A DNA stretch of 64,000 nucleotides from an uncultured virus (IMG/VR IMGVR_UViG_3300044638_007755) (taxonomy: Duplodnaviria > Heunggongvirae > Uroviricota > Caudoviricetes). Position 1 is the first letter of the stretch. Each line of letters begins with the position of its first letter. Positions 1-7,688 of this stretch are shown here, piece by piece. The translations under genes and the position numbers were made by a program. The notes under the pieces are model-generated. The model was not told the origin of the DNA. It made no database searches and worked only from the letters and a program-made list of their open reading frames with translations. The DNA is taken from the IMG/VR virus record IMGVR_UViG_3300044638_007755; one strand, written 5' to 3'.

Positions 1-121
1 TTTCCTCCATATACATGATATTTGACATACTAGCATACAATACAATACCACAAATATAACCGAAAGCAACACTAATAAAGTCGAACTGATACATCCGTGT
101 ATCTCCATTTTGTTTAAGTGG

Positions 122-310
122 TCAATCCCCGTACCCTACCCAGAAATCATCATCCTTATCATTCTTCATAAGAGTAAAACCCCTGGCCCTCATAGCCTCG
201 TACTCATTTATCCTCTGCCACACTTCGCCCACAATAGAGAGAAAGTAGACAAACCCCAAAACTAAAAGAGTAACACCCATCCAAACCCACACCAGAATAA
301 AATCGCTCAT
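122..310 (-). CDS. small hypothetical membrane protein (early region)
   Basis: 62-aa ORF with an N-terminal hydrophobic stretch; directly downstream of 314..508. Confidence 0.6.
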   Translation of the reverse strand: MSDFILVWVWMGVTLLVLGFVYFLSIVGEVWQRINEYEAMRARGFTLMKNDKDDDFWVGYGD

Positions 311-313
311 GGG

Positions 314-508
314 TCAAGCCTCCACAGTGTTAGCAACATGGATCATATTCTCACACTGTTCAAGATAGCACGAACGATATTCGGTCAGACCGATTTTCAC
401 AACCATCATCTTTCCCTTGGGCTTATCAAGAACCCTACGAACTTCACCACGGTAATTCTCACCCTTATAATCAAACTCGACCCAATCATACCGCTTAATA
501 TAGTCCAT
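314..508 (-). CDS. small hypothetical protein (MDYIKRYDWVEF...)
   Basis: GAGGA RBS before ATG at 508; promoter TTGACA(586-581)-17-TAGAAT(563-558). The ORF-track N-terminal extension overlaps the promoter. Confidence 0.65.
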   Translation of the reverse strand: MDYIKRYDWVEFDYKGENYRGEVRRVLDKPKGKMMVVKIGLTEYRSCYLEQCENMIHVANTVEA

Positions 509-648
509 CGTACATTCCTCTTGGTTACTGGTCATCTTCTCTACATCTATTATCGACATTCTACACTGCAAAACTTTAGTTGTCAACCTTACAAGTCCCA
601 CAGGGTTCGCTGACTAGCCTGACTAGGCCACGTTTCGACCCCATAGGG

Positions 649-876
649 TTAGCTGAGACTAACCGGGGTTGGATTCGACCGATAGTATTTTGCCCACAGC
701 TCATCCATCACAAACTGGACAACACGATCATGAGTACCGCGACAAACGTAGTATCCCATGTGAATGTCGAACAGGGCAAACGATCCATCCTCTTTCGGAT
801 GAAACGTGAACCCACACTTGTAGGCATAGCCATTGATGCTACGCTTGACGGTCGAAACTTTCGGAGGCTTTCTCAT
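649..876 (-). CDS. small hypothetical protein (MRKPPKV...)
   Basis: Purine-rich leader and perfect TTGACA-17-TATAAT upstream; start trimmed from 933. Confidence 0.65.
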   Translation of the reverse strand: MRKPPKVSTVKRSINGYAYKCGFTFHPKEDGSFALFDIHMGYYVCRGTHDRVVQFVMDELWAKYYRSNPTPVSLS

Positions 877-1023
877 TTTCACTTTCTCTCTTTCTTGTCT
901 TACCATTATACATCTATTATCGTCATTTGTCAATAGGGTAGAACAGAAAAAGTTTCCTTACAATCTCGTAAGGTTCGGATGCCTATATATTGGTCAACAT
1001 ATGCAAACATTTTAATCATTGGA

Positions 1024-1105
1024 CGTAAGTCTATACAACATAAGCACTTACGACACGCCCGGCCCACCCCTCTCACCCTAAGTCCTTATGTGGTAAGGGT
1101 TTGTG
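1024..1105. repeat. 82-bp double-palindrome element, copy 1
   Basis: cgtaagtctat-acaacat-aagcacttacg, 24-bp GC-rich spacer, cctaagtcctt-atgtggt-aagggtttgtg. Confidence 0.9.
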
Positions 1106-1110
1106 TCGAG

Positions 1111-1266
1111 CTATTTGGCTAGGCGATACCTAAACAGCAGTTCAGTAGCAAGGTAGCTGATCAGCAGCTTGTAACCATCCCTCACTTCGGGAATTTTGCA
1201 AGTTTCCAGTTTGATCTGAGTATTCCTCAGAAGGTCTTGCATTGTACGGGTGTTCATGTCTTTCAT
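1111..1266 (-). CDS. small hypothetical protein (MKDMNTRT...)
   Basis: Own promoter and AG-rich leader; stop lies 5 bp from element copy 1. Confidence 0.6.
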   Translation of the reverse strand: MKDMNTRTMQDLLRNTQIKLETCKIPEVRDGYKLLISYLATELLFRYRLAK

Positions 1267-1316
1267 CTTTCTCTCTCTTTCTTGTGCTGCTATTCTACCA
1301 AACTTTTCCGATACTG

Positions 1317-1493
1317 TCAATTCCCCTTTTTTCTGCTAAGAGCAGCATGGCATACGATCTGATCAAGCGTATACCATTCACCATCACCGTATCGGCCGGA
1401 AAGCCGAATCTTCAGATTCTTTCCGATGATTTGCTGAACAATACCATATCCGTCAACCACTTGAACCACATCGCCAACCATGATCTTCTGCAT
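1317..1493 (-). CDS. small hypothetical protein, SH3/KOW-like (MQKIMVGDVVQV...)
   Basis: Own promoter; VGDxV start typical of small beta-barrel phage proteins. Confidence 0.6.
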   Translation of the reverse strand: MQKIMVGDVVQVVDGYGIVQQIIGKNLKIRLSGRYGDGEWYTLDQIVCHAALSRKKGN

Positions 1494-1601
1494 CTCTTTC
1501 TCTCTTTCTTGTGCTATGATTATACCACTATTATCGTCCAAAGTCAATAGGCTAGACCAGAAAAAGTTTCCTTACAATACCGTAAGGTTTGATGATCACG
1601 A

Positions 1602-1618
1602 TTGGCACAGCATTTGCT
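1602..1618 (+). promoter_or_regulatory. sigma54-type -24/-12 motif
   Basis: TTGGCACAGCATTTGCT matches YTGGCACGRNNNTTGCW; identical copy at 4087-4103, variant TTGGTACAACATTTGCT at 2806-2822. Confidence 0.55.
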
Positions 1619-1626
1619 ACATGATA

Positions 1627-1708
1627 CGTAAGTCGTTATCTGACAAGTACTTACGCTTCGCGTGGCGGGCCGCGTTTGCCCTAAGTGCTTATAGGGTAAC
1701 GCTTTACG
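1627..1708. repeat. 82-bp double-palindrome element, copy 2
   Basis: cgtaagtcgtt-atctgac-aagtacttacg ... cctaagtgctt-atagggt-aacgctttacg, 53-bp offset. Confidence 0.9.
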
Positions 1709-1741
1709 TCAACTGCTATATTTTTGTGCAGTAGTGTACGT

Positions 1742-2122
1742 TCATTCATCACTTTTGAAGCTGAACGGACTGATTTCTTCACCACAAGCAGCAATGGCAG
1801 CATACTGTCTGGTCAGTTCTTCGACACGTTCACGCGAACCCGGCTTGCCAACCGGAACGATCATGGTATCCTCACCCCCTACATAGCGGGGGTCAGCCTT
1901 TTCCTTGCGAACCTTTCCCAGATTCTTCAAAGCAGTACGATTGAACTTGATAACCTTTTCACTCACGACATAACGCTTCTGGTCAGTCACGCCGTAGACG
2001 TAATCGGTATCTTCTGTGATTCGATCATCTGGGATTTCCACGAGCATCGGCACGGCGATACCCTTGAAGATCATACGGGCTTGACGCTTGGCATTTTCGA
2101 TGATGGGGAACTTGGTTTTCAT
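1742..2122 (-). CDS. hypothetical protein (MKTKFPIIENAK...)
   Basis: 126-aa ORF with purine-rich leader and upstream promoter. Confidence 0.7.
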   Translation of the reverse strand: MKTKFPIIENAKRQARMIFKGIAVPMLVEIPDDRITEDTDYVYGVTDQKRYVVSEKVIKFNRTALKNLGKVRKEKADPRYVGGEDTMIVPVGKPGSRERVEELTRQYAAIAACGEEISPFSFKSDE

Positions 2123-2188
2123 TTTCTTTTTCTCTCTAAGGTCTATCGTTCTCTTGTTCGTGGATTCTATCAACAATTCTTTTCTCTA

Positions 2189-2398
2189 TCAACCCCCATT
2201 GTGGGTGGGCCGACGAGTCCAAGGGTGTCCGTAGGCATCGACTGCGGGCGAAAGCTCATGGTCTGCACAGTCATGAAGATTTCCACCTTCGGTACGCACT
2301 ACCCACACATTTCCCTCATCATAGTGATAGGAAACAATCTTTCCAACAATCTGCTTCTCGAATCCCTTGAGCATCACACTGTCGCCAATCTCGTACAT
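2189..2398 (-). CDS. small hypothetical protein, SH3-like (MYEIGDSV...)
   Basis: Own promoter and leader. Confidence 0.65.
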   Translation of the reverse strand: MYEIGDSVMLKGFEKQIVGKIVSYHYDEGNVWVVRTEGGNLHDCADHELSPAVDAYGHPWTRRPTHNGG

Positions 2399-2467
2399 TC
2401 TTTTCTCTCTTTCTCTTTCTGGTATTCTATCAAAGTTTTTGTGCTTGTCAATCCCCTCTAACGGGGG

Positions 2468-2671
2468 TCACATTCTCCATTCCACAAACTTGAGAACACA
2501 CACCTTTCCAGGATACTTTGCATCGATATACTTCTGTGCAGTAGTCTTGCTATTGTCTGTAGCAGAGCAACACTGAACAATCGTACCGTCGATTGAAACG
2601 CTCCAAATCCTACGCTTCCGAATCTTGGGAAGCGAACCAATGAAACCATTCACACTCATAACCTTTTCCAT
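2468..2671 (-). CDS. small hypothetical protein (MEKVMSVNG...)
   Basis: Own promoter and AG-rich leader. Confidence 0.6.
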   Translation of the reverse strand: MEKVMSVNGFIGSLPKIRKRRIWSVSIDGTIVQCCSATDNSKTTAQKYIDAKYPGKVCVLKFVEWRM

Positions 2672-2829
2672 TTTCAACTCTCTCTTTCTTTCTTCTCTAT
2701 CTCTTATATCGACATTATACCATGCTCATCTTGAGCTTTCAAGCTAAATCCAGAAATTTTTGTGTCAAGAGATTTTGACAAAACTTTTCTCGATTTTGTT
2801 GAGTTTTGGTACAACATTTGCTAAGTTGT

Positions 2830-2911
2830 CGTAAAGTCTTATATGGTAAGCACTTACGTCAAATCCGTCCCGCCCCGCTCGTCGTAAGTCTTTACGAGCT
2901 AAGGGCTTACG
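2830..2911. repeat. 82-bp double-palindrome element, copy 3
   Basis: cgtaaagtctt-atatggt-aagcacttacg ... cgtaagtcttt-acgagct-aagggcttacg. Confidence 0.9.
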
Positions 2912-3095
2912 TCGGACTCAGCTCATATAGTGAACAGTTGTATACGTTACCATCCTCATCCTGTACGGATGCCCACGCATTTGCCGTACCATATACAGCA
3001 TCCGCAAGCACGCCCATGAACGAACGTACAGTAACAACCTTAGAGCCGTGCATCACGGTTTGCCCATATCGAGGAGTATTTTCTACAGTGAACAT
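2907..3095 (-). CDS. small hypothetical protein
   Basis: AAAGGAAA leader; stop codon lies inside the right arm of element copy 3. Confidence 0.6.
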   Translation of the reverse strand: MFTVENTPRYGQTVMHGSKVVTVRSFMGVLADAVYGTANAWASVQDEDGNVYNCSLYELSPT

Positions 3096-3109
3096 TTGTT
3101 TTCCTTTGT

Positions 3110-3427
3110 TTAGTAGATAAGATTCATATCGGCTACAACCATACCATCTTCATACTCTAGGCCACTTTCCAGATACCACTCTCCCTTGCGTTGATATACA
3201 CGCACGGGCGAATACTGGTTGATTCTATCCTTAGTGGTGGCACTATACCATCCACCAGTGTTGAGCGTAGCACTATTGTCAGGATGAATCTTTACTACAT
3301 AGGTACTATGCAGCATAATCCCTACGCTACCATCAGGAAGAATTTCCGCATAGGTATTGTTGCCTACCTTGCGAGTATCCTTATTAGTCTTACCACGAAC
3401 CAATTTCACTGCTTCAGAGTGTGTCAT
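3110..3427 (-). CDS. hypothetical phage protein
   Basis: 105-aa ORF with an LNTGGWYSATTKDRIN motif that looks like a conserved small phage protein. Confidence 0.7.
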   Translation of the reverse strand: MTHSEAVKLVRGKTNKDTRKVGNNTYAEILPDGSVGIMLHSTYVVKIHPDNSATLNTGGWYSATTKDRINQYSPVRVYQRKGEWYLESGLEYEDGMVVADMNLIY

Positions 3428-3580
3428 ATTACATTATCCAAACGTATAGAGGAAGAAAAACAAACAGGAAAGCCCAACTACCAAACAGCAAAGCCAAGAT
3501 ACCTAATCCAGAAACTATTCCGAAAGTATCGATAGTCTCAGGATTCTCTCCCAACAGATTATAGCAAATCCACTTTTTCA

Positions 3581-3700
3581 TCAGTCGTTCTCATGCAGAA
3601 TGGAGTGAACAGCGTTACTTACCTCGTGAACAGTGTACGAGATGAAACCGGCAAAAGCAATCAAGGCAAACAGCTGAACGTATTCGATAGGCGTAATCAT
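3581..3700 (-). CDS. 39-aa membrane peptide (MITPIEYVQLFALIAFAGFISY...)
   Basis: Translated by hand (below the ORF-track cutoff); own promoter at 3726-3753. Confidence 0.5.
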   Translation of the reverse strand: MITPIEYVQLFALIAFAGFISYTVHEVSNAVHSILHEND

Positions 3701-3772
3701 TAGGTTCTCTCTTTCTTGTGTTTGTATTCTAGCAAGTTTTCTTGTGGTGTCAACCTTACAATGTCGTAAGGT

Positions 3773-3958
3773 TCACTTTTTCTGTCCGATGGTCATCCAG
3801 CCATCATTGACGGCTTTGATGGTAAACTTTGCATGGTCGATCATGCGAGAATCAGTGAACGTAGTACCATTCCTGTACACACGTACAATCTCGATTTCCT
3901 TGCCAATCACATGGTAATCGGCATACACACCACCAACAGCTATCATCATCGTTTGCAT
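3773..3958 (-). CDS. small hypothetical protein (MQTMMIAVGG...)
   Basis: Own promoter and leader. Confidence 0.6.
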   Translation of the reverse strand: MQTMMIAVGGVYADYHVIGKEIEIVRVYRNGTTFTDSRMIDHAKFTIKAVNDGWMTIGQKK

Positions 3959-4110
3959 CTTTGTCTCTCTTTCTCTCTTACTTCTTATATCGACATTATA
4001 CCCTCTCACACTTGAGCTTGCAAGAGAAAAATCCAAATTTTTATGTCAAGAAATTTTGACAAAACTTTTCTGAATTTTGAGTACGATTGGCACAGCATTT
4101 GCTAATGAGT

Positions 4111-4192
4111 CATAAGTGCTTATCTGTCAGGTACTTACGTCAAGCCCGGCCCGCCCGCCTAGCCCTAAGTACTTATAGGGCAGGGGTTTACG
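4111..4192. repeat. 82-bp double-palindrome element, copy 4
   Basis: cataagtgctt-atctgtc-aggtacttacg ... cctaagtactt-atagggc-aggggtttacg. Confidence 0.9.
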
Positions 4193-4408
4193 TCATGAGG
4201 CGTGAATGAACACCGTTTCGCTTACTGTACGGTTGGTCACCGTCACAATCCACTTCTTTCCGCTACCATCCTCACGCATGATGCCATTGATAAGACCCAC
4301 ATGGGCGTTACCCCTTGGATCGATCACACAGTGATACTTACCAGTTCGCATAGCAGCGAAAATCTTGTCAAGGTTGTTCATCACAGTTTTGTAGTTGGTC
4401 TGAAGCAT
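4193..4408 (-). CDS. small hypothetical protein
   Basis: Own promoter; stop codon abuts element copy 4. Confidence 0.65.
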   Translation of the reverse strand: MLQTNYKTVMNNLDKIFAAMRTGKYHCVIDPRGNAHVGLINGIMREDGSGKKWIVTVTNRTVSETVFIHAS

Positions 4409-4467
4409 CTTTTTTCCTCTTGTGTTGATTCTATTCTACCGTTTTGCTCTTACATTGTCAATACTGT

Positions 4468-4713
4468 TCAGAAGTATACGCTAGAATTAATGATCTTTCC
4501 GGTTTCATCGATTTCCATCGATTCGCCTTCACCCATATCGTATTCTTCCATATATCCAAAATACTCGCAAGAAGGCCACCAATCCTTACGGGCATTCTCC
4601 GCATGATTGCGAAGCATATCGAACAACTCGCCCGAAGCGTAGTGTCCGTCCAGATTCTCGGGCTGGTTGTCTTGGATATAGTCTAAAACTTCTTGCATCG
4701 TATTGAAGATCAT
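4468..4713 (-). CDS. small acidic hypothetical protein
   Basis: Own promoter; D/E-rich, 81 aa. Confidence 0.65.
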   Translation of the reverse strand: MIFNTMQEVLDYIQDNQPENLDGHYASGELFDMLRNHAENARKDWWPSCEYFGYMEEYDMGEGESMEIDETGKIINSSVYF

Positions 4714-4843
4714 TTTCTTATCCTTTTCTTCTTTCGTTTTCTCTTGTGTTCTTATTATACAGTATTTATCGACGCTTTCAAGAGAAATCTTTGGAATTTT
4801 TGAAATATAATTTCATGCCAAACAAAATCTTTTTTATATTTGT

Positions 4844-4925
4844 TGTAAGTCTATACGTGGCAAGTACTTATGTCGAATTCGGCCCGCCCGGCAAATCGTA
4901 AGTGCTTACCTCATAAGGCTTTACG
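4844..4925. repeat. 82-bp double-palindrome element, copy 5
   Basis: tgtaagtctat-acgtggc-aagtacttatg ... cgtaagtgctt-acctcat-aaggctttacg. Confidence 0.9.
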
Positions 4926-4927
4926 TC

Positions 4928-5077
4928 TTATAGAATCGTACCATCGCCACGAATGCGATACATGATACCCCCGATACTGTACAGGCTTATACCCTCTCCC
5001 ATGTGCTGTACAAATGTAGCAGAATAACCGTGTCGAGCAACTAGGCGGCGAATCGTGTGCTGTACTTGAATGGTCAT
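4928..5077 (-). CDS. 49-aa hypothetical protein (MTIQVQHTIRRLVARHGY...)
   Basis: Translated by hand; GAGGGA RBS, promoter 5102-5131; stop 2 bp from element copy 5. Confidence 0.55.
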   Translation of the reverse strand: MTIQVQHTIRRLVARHGYSATFVQHMGEGISLYSIGGIMYRIRGDGTIL

Positions 5078-5140
5078 CGTATTCCCTCTTGTGTTGATTC
5101 TATTATAGCTTATCGTCTACGATGCTGTCAATAGATGAAT

Positions 5141-5389
5141 TTAAAATTCCCCATCGTCAAGGCCCGGAATATAGTCAGCCTCATCCGCACAAGCTTCACA
5201 CACCATGTCATAGTAGAGGGCGTTTACGTTGTTCAGAATCTGATTCTCTGAACGAATCCACACACCGTCATGGATCATGTCTTTCGGCTCAATTTTGAAC
5301 GATGCTCCTGCTTGAATCACTCGCACCTTATGCGAATCCTTGCCAAAAATCTGTCGAACAGCAGCCATCACCTTGTCGAGCGTAATCAT
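5141..5389 (-). CDS. small hypothetical protein with acidic C-terminus
   Basis: Own promoter and leader. Confidence 0.65.
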   Translation of the reverse strand: MITLDKVMAAVRQIFGKDSHKVRVIQAGASFKIEPKDMIHDGVWIRSENQILNNVNALYYDMVCEACADEADYIPGLDDGEF

Positions 5390-5453
5390 TTTCTTTTCCT
5401 TTTCTCTTGTGTTGGCTCTATTATACAGTATCGGCTATTCCGTTGTCAATACC

Positions 5454-5696
5454 TTAGTAGTAAAGAAAATCTCGCACAACCTCACCATCACGAGCAACCT
5501 CGATATACTCTCCCTCGTCACCCATCGGGAAAAAGTATTCGATATATCCGGTAACATCGTTAGCAATATCGCTAGCAAGAGCCTCAGCGAGCAACTCTCC
5601 ACCGATACGAGCAACACCCACCAAAGTATCGGGGCTGGTCGAATCAGCACCATAGAGAAAGTTTTCGAGTTCGTTGCGGTTGTTGATGGTGATCAT
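5454..5696 (-). CDS. small acidic hypothetical protein (MITINNRNELE...)
   Basis: Own promoter; start trimmed from 5759. Confidence 0.65.
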   Translation of the reverse strand: MITINNRNELENFLYGADSTSPDTLVGVARIGGELLAEALASDIANDVTGYIEYFFPMGDEGEYIEVARDGEVVRDFLYY

Positions 5697-5827
5697 TTTC
5701 TTGTCCTCTTGTTGTCTCTTGTTCTCTTGTGCTTTCATTATACAGTATTTATCGGCCATTGCAAGAGAAATCTTTGGATTTTTTCGAATATATTTTCATG
5801 CCAAACATAAAAATTCTTCAAATTAGC

Positions 5828-5909
5828 CATAACCCTATACTACACAAGCACTTACATCAAATTTTGCCCACTAGTATCGTCGTAAGTGCCTATGCCATAT
5901 AGAGTTAGG
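5828..5909. repeat. 82-bp double-palindrome element, copy 6 (most divergent)
   Basis: cataaccctat-actacac-aagcacttaca ... cgtaagtgcct-atgccat-atagagttagg, 53-bp offset. Confidence 0.8.
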
Positions 5910-6019
5910 GGGTTTTTTCGTTTCGGCTTGACAGTTGGTAGTTTAGGTAAAAAACTCGGGGAGGTGCAAACACAATAGGCACCCCCATAGAATTAATTAG
6001 CCAGTTTATTAGCCATTTA

Positions 6020-6301
6020 TTAATATCTTACTGGCACATAAACCGTTTGAGGTACCGACACCACCTCAGTTTTTTTTAAAAGAGTCCAGCACCTACGTTC
6101 AACCAGAACATTTTGATACAATGTCACAGGAACATACTGTGGAGCCACAGGCACCATAGTTACCATTGGAACATAATAATATGGAACTACCGGAGCTTGT
6201 TGAATCACTACCGGAGCTTGATAAACATAAGGCATCCACTCACCACCATGAGCACTAACTCCTGCAACACTCATCAACAATCCCGCTAATAGCTTTTTCA
6301 T
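6020..6301 (-). CDS. small secreted Pro/Val/Tyr-rich protein
   Basis: Signal peptide MKKLLAGLLMSVAGVSAHG followed by low-complexity APVV/PYY/VPV sequence. Confidence 0.65.
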   Translation of the reverse strand: MKKLLAGLLMSVAGVSAHGGEWMPYVYQAPVVIQQAPVVPYYYVPMVTMVPVAPQYVPVTLYQNVLVERRCWTLLKKTEVVSVPQTVYVPVRY

Positions 6302-6376
6302 AAATTTTCCTACGAGTTAAAAATAAATTGACCAGTTTCCCGCTACTAGAGATATCGACAGATTGTTGTTGAAACT

Positions 6377-7306
6377 TTAGTAGTCTTTACAACACACGGA
6401 TAAATAGTAATCTATCGTATTCCTCAATCCAGTATCAAAATTTGTTTTAGCTTCCCAATCCAACAGACTTTTCGCCCTAGAAACATCAAGAAATCTTCGA
6501 GGTTGTCCATCTGGCTTATTAGAATCCCACTGAATAATTCCTTTATATCCAACCATATCCTTAATTTTATACACAAGATCACTTATACTAATTTCAAACC
6601 CACTCCCCAAATTAATAGGATCAGGATCGTTTATTTTTTCCAAAGCCTTAATTATTCCAGATGAAGCATCTTCAACATATAAAAACTCCCTTGTAGCATT
6701 GCCCGATCCCCAACATTGTATACTTGATAAATTATCTCTCTTAGCCACAACCAACTTCTTAATCAAAGCCGGAATAACATGACTCTTATCATCATCAAAA
6801 CTATCATTTGGCCCATATAAATTAGTTGGTATAACCACACAACCATTTAGATCATATTGAGCCTTATAACTCTGCATCATGACCATAATGCTCTTTTTTG
6901 CTATTCCATATGGAGCATTAGTTTCTTCTGGATATCCGTTCCAAATGTCGTCTTCTTTAAAAGGGGCCGGACAAAACTTAGGATAACAACAAACCGTACT
7001 AACAAACACAAACTTTTTAATATTCATCAACCGAGCATGTTCCACCAAATTAATTCCCATACTAATATTATTATAGAAGAACCTTCCAGGATTGACCATA
7101 TTCGCCCCTATACCTCCAACATCAGCAGCCAAATGAAGAATAACATCCGGAGATATTCTTTTTAGATAGGATCCTGTTTGTTCAAAATTGGTCAAATCAC
7201 AATCGGCTTTTCTAACAACAACAATATCTTGATATCCTTGGGACAATAGCTTCTTAACTACATTTTGTCCTAAAAATCCCGCTCCTCCAGTAACTAATAT
7301 TTTCAT
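6377..7306 (-). CDS. fcl: GDP-L-fucose synthase (GDP-4-keto-6-deoxymannose epimerase/reductase)
   Basis: TGGAGFLG Rossmann motif, HLAADVGGIGAN, YGIAK, PTNLYGPND, SHVIPALI, WGSG..TREFLYV, KPDGQPRR. Confidence 0.95.
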   Translation of the reverse strand: MKILVTGGAGFLGQNVVKKLLSQGYQDIVVVRKADCDLTNFEQTGSYLKRISPDVILHLAADVGGIGANMVNPGRFFYNNISMGINLVEHARLMNIKKFVFVSTVCCYPKFCPAPFKEDDIWNGYPEETNAPYGIAKKSIMVMMQSYKAQYDLNGCVVIPTNLYGPNDSFDDDKSHVIPALIKKLVVAKRDNLSSIQCWGSGNATREFLYVEDASSGIIKALEKINDPDPINLGSGFEISISDLVYKIKDMVGYKGIIQWDSNKPDGQPRRFLDVSRAKSLLDWEAKTNFDTGLRNTIDYYLSVCCKDY

Positions 7307-7342
7307 AGATGATTCTTTATGTGGGTTTGGCCTATTTAATAT

Positions 7343-7377
7343 AAAAGGAGCAAGCTTAACTAAATAAACTTACTCCT
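7343..7377 (-). terminator. probable intrinsic terminator downstream of 7412..7663
   Basis: Minus-strand AGGAGTAAGTTTA-loop-TAAGCTTGCTCCT followed by TTT; its G-U pairs form only on this strand. Confidence 0.55.
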
Positions 7378-7411
7378 ATTATACGGTATTAAATTTTAAT
7401 TAAGAACTACT

Positions 7412-7663
7412 TCAAGTGGTTGTCTGTTCTGTTGAAACAGTACCAACAACATTCTGCACAACAGGAGAACTCTTTGACTTATTTGGTCGTCCTCTTGGCT
7501 TACTTAGCCTAAGTTTGCGTCGTTGACGACGAATCATAGCCATAGTAATATTTTGGCTGGTAATTTGGCTAAGCTTAACAGCTAGCTCTTCATCAGGGAT
7601 AGAGGTATGATTATTGCGAATATAGTCAATTTCGCTATCTGTCCACTTTTTATAATTTCCCAT
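7412..7663 (-). CDS. small HTH DNA-binding protein with AT-hook-like KPRGRP
   Basis: KKWTDSEIDYIRNN..PDEELAVKL..IRRQRRKLRL pattern; AAGGAG RBS. Confidence 0.7.
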   Translation of the reverse strand: MGNYKKWTDSEIDYIRNNHTSIPDEELAVKLSQITSQNITMAMIRRQRRKLRLSKPRGRPNKSKSSPVVQNVVGTVSTEQTTT

Positions 7664-7688
7664 AAACTCTCCTTTGGTGTTATTAATA

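Larger units (their letters stand above)
558..5764 (-). promoter_or_regulatory. array of about 14 leftward sigma70-type early promoters
   Basis: -35/-10 pairs (+ coordinates): 581-586/558-563, 928-933/905-910, 1315-1320/1292-1297, 1542-1547/1519-1524, 2187-2192/2164-2169, 2446-2451/2424-2429, 2737-2742/2714-2719, 3748-3753/3726-3731, 4018-4023/3995-4000, 4456-4461/4433-4438, 4776-4781/4754-4759, 5126-5131/5102-5107, 5444-5449/5420-5425, 5759-5764/5737-5742. All are TTGACA-like, 16-18 bp spacer, TATAAT or TAGAAT. Confidence 0.85.

Noticed and set aside
338..5810. Plus-strand ORFs in the early region, such as 1724..2461 and 5340..5810
   Set aside because: They are antisense shadows of promoter- and RBS-supported minus-strand genes
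1024..5909. CRISPR array interpretation of the repeated palindromes
   Set aside because: Copies are 0.5-1.2 kb apart, degenerate and separated by genes; no cas genes are present
1024..5909. Classical integron attC sites or simple intrinsic terminators
   Set aside because: No RYYYAAC/GTTRRRY ends and no single long hairpin; no U tracts after the stems; the fixed 53-bp phasing suggests dsDNA protein binding
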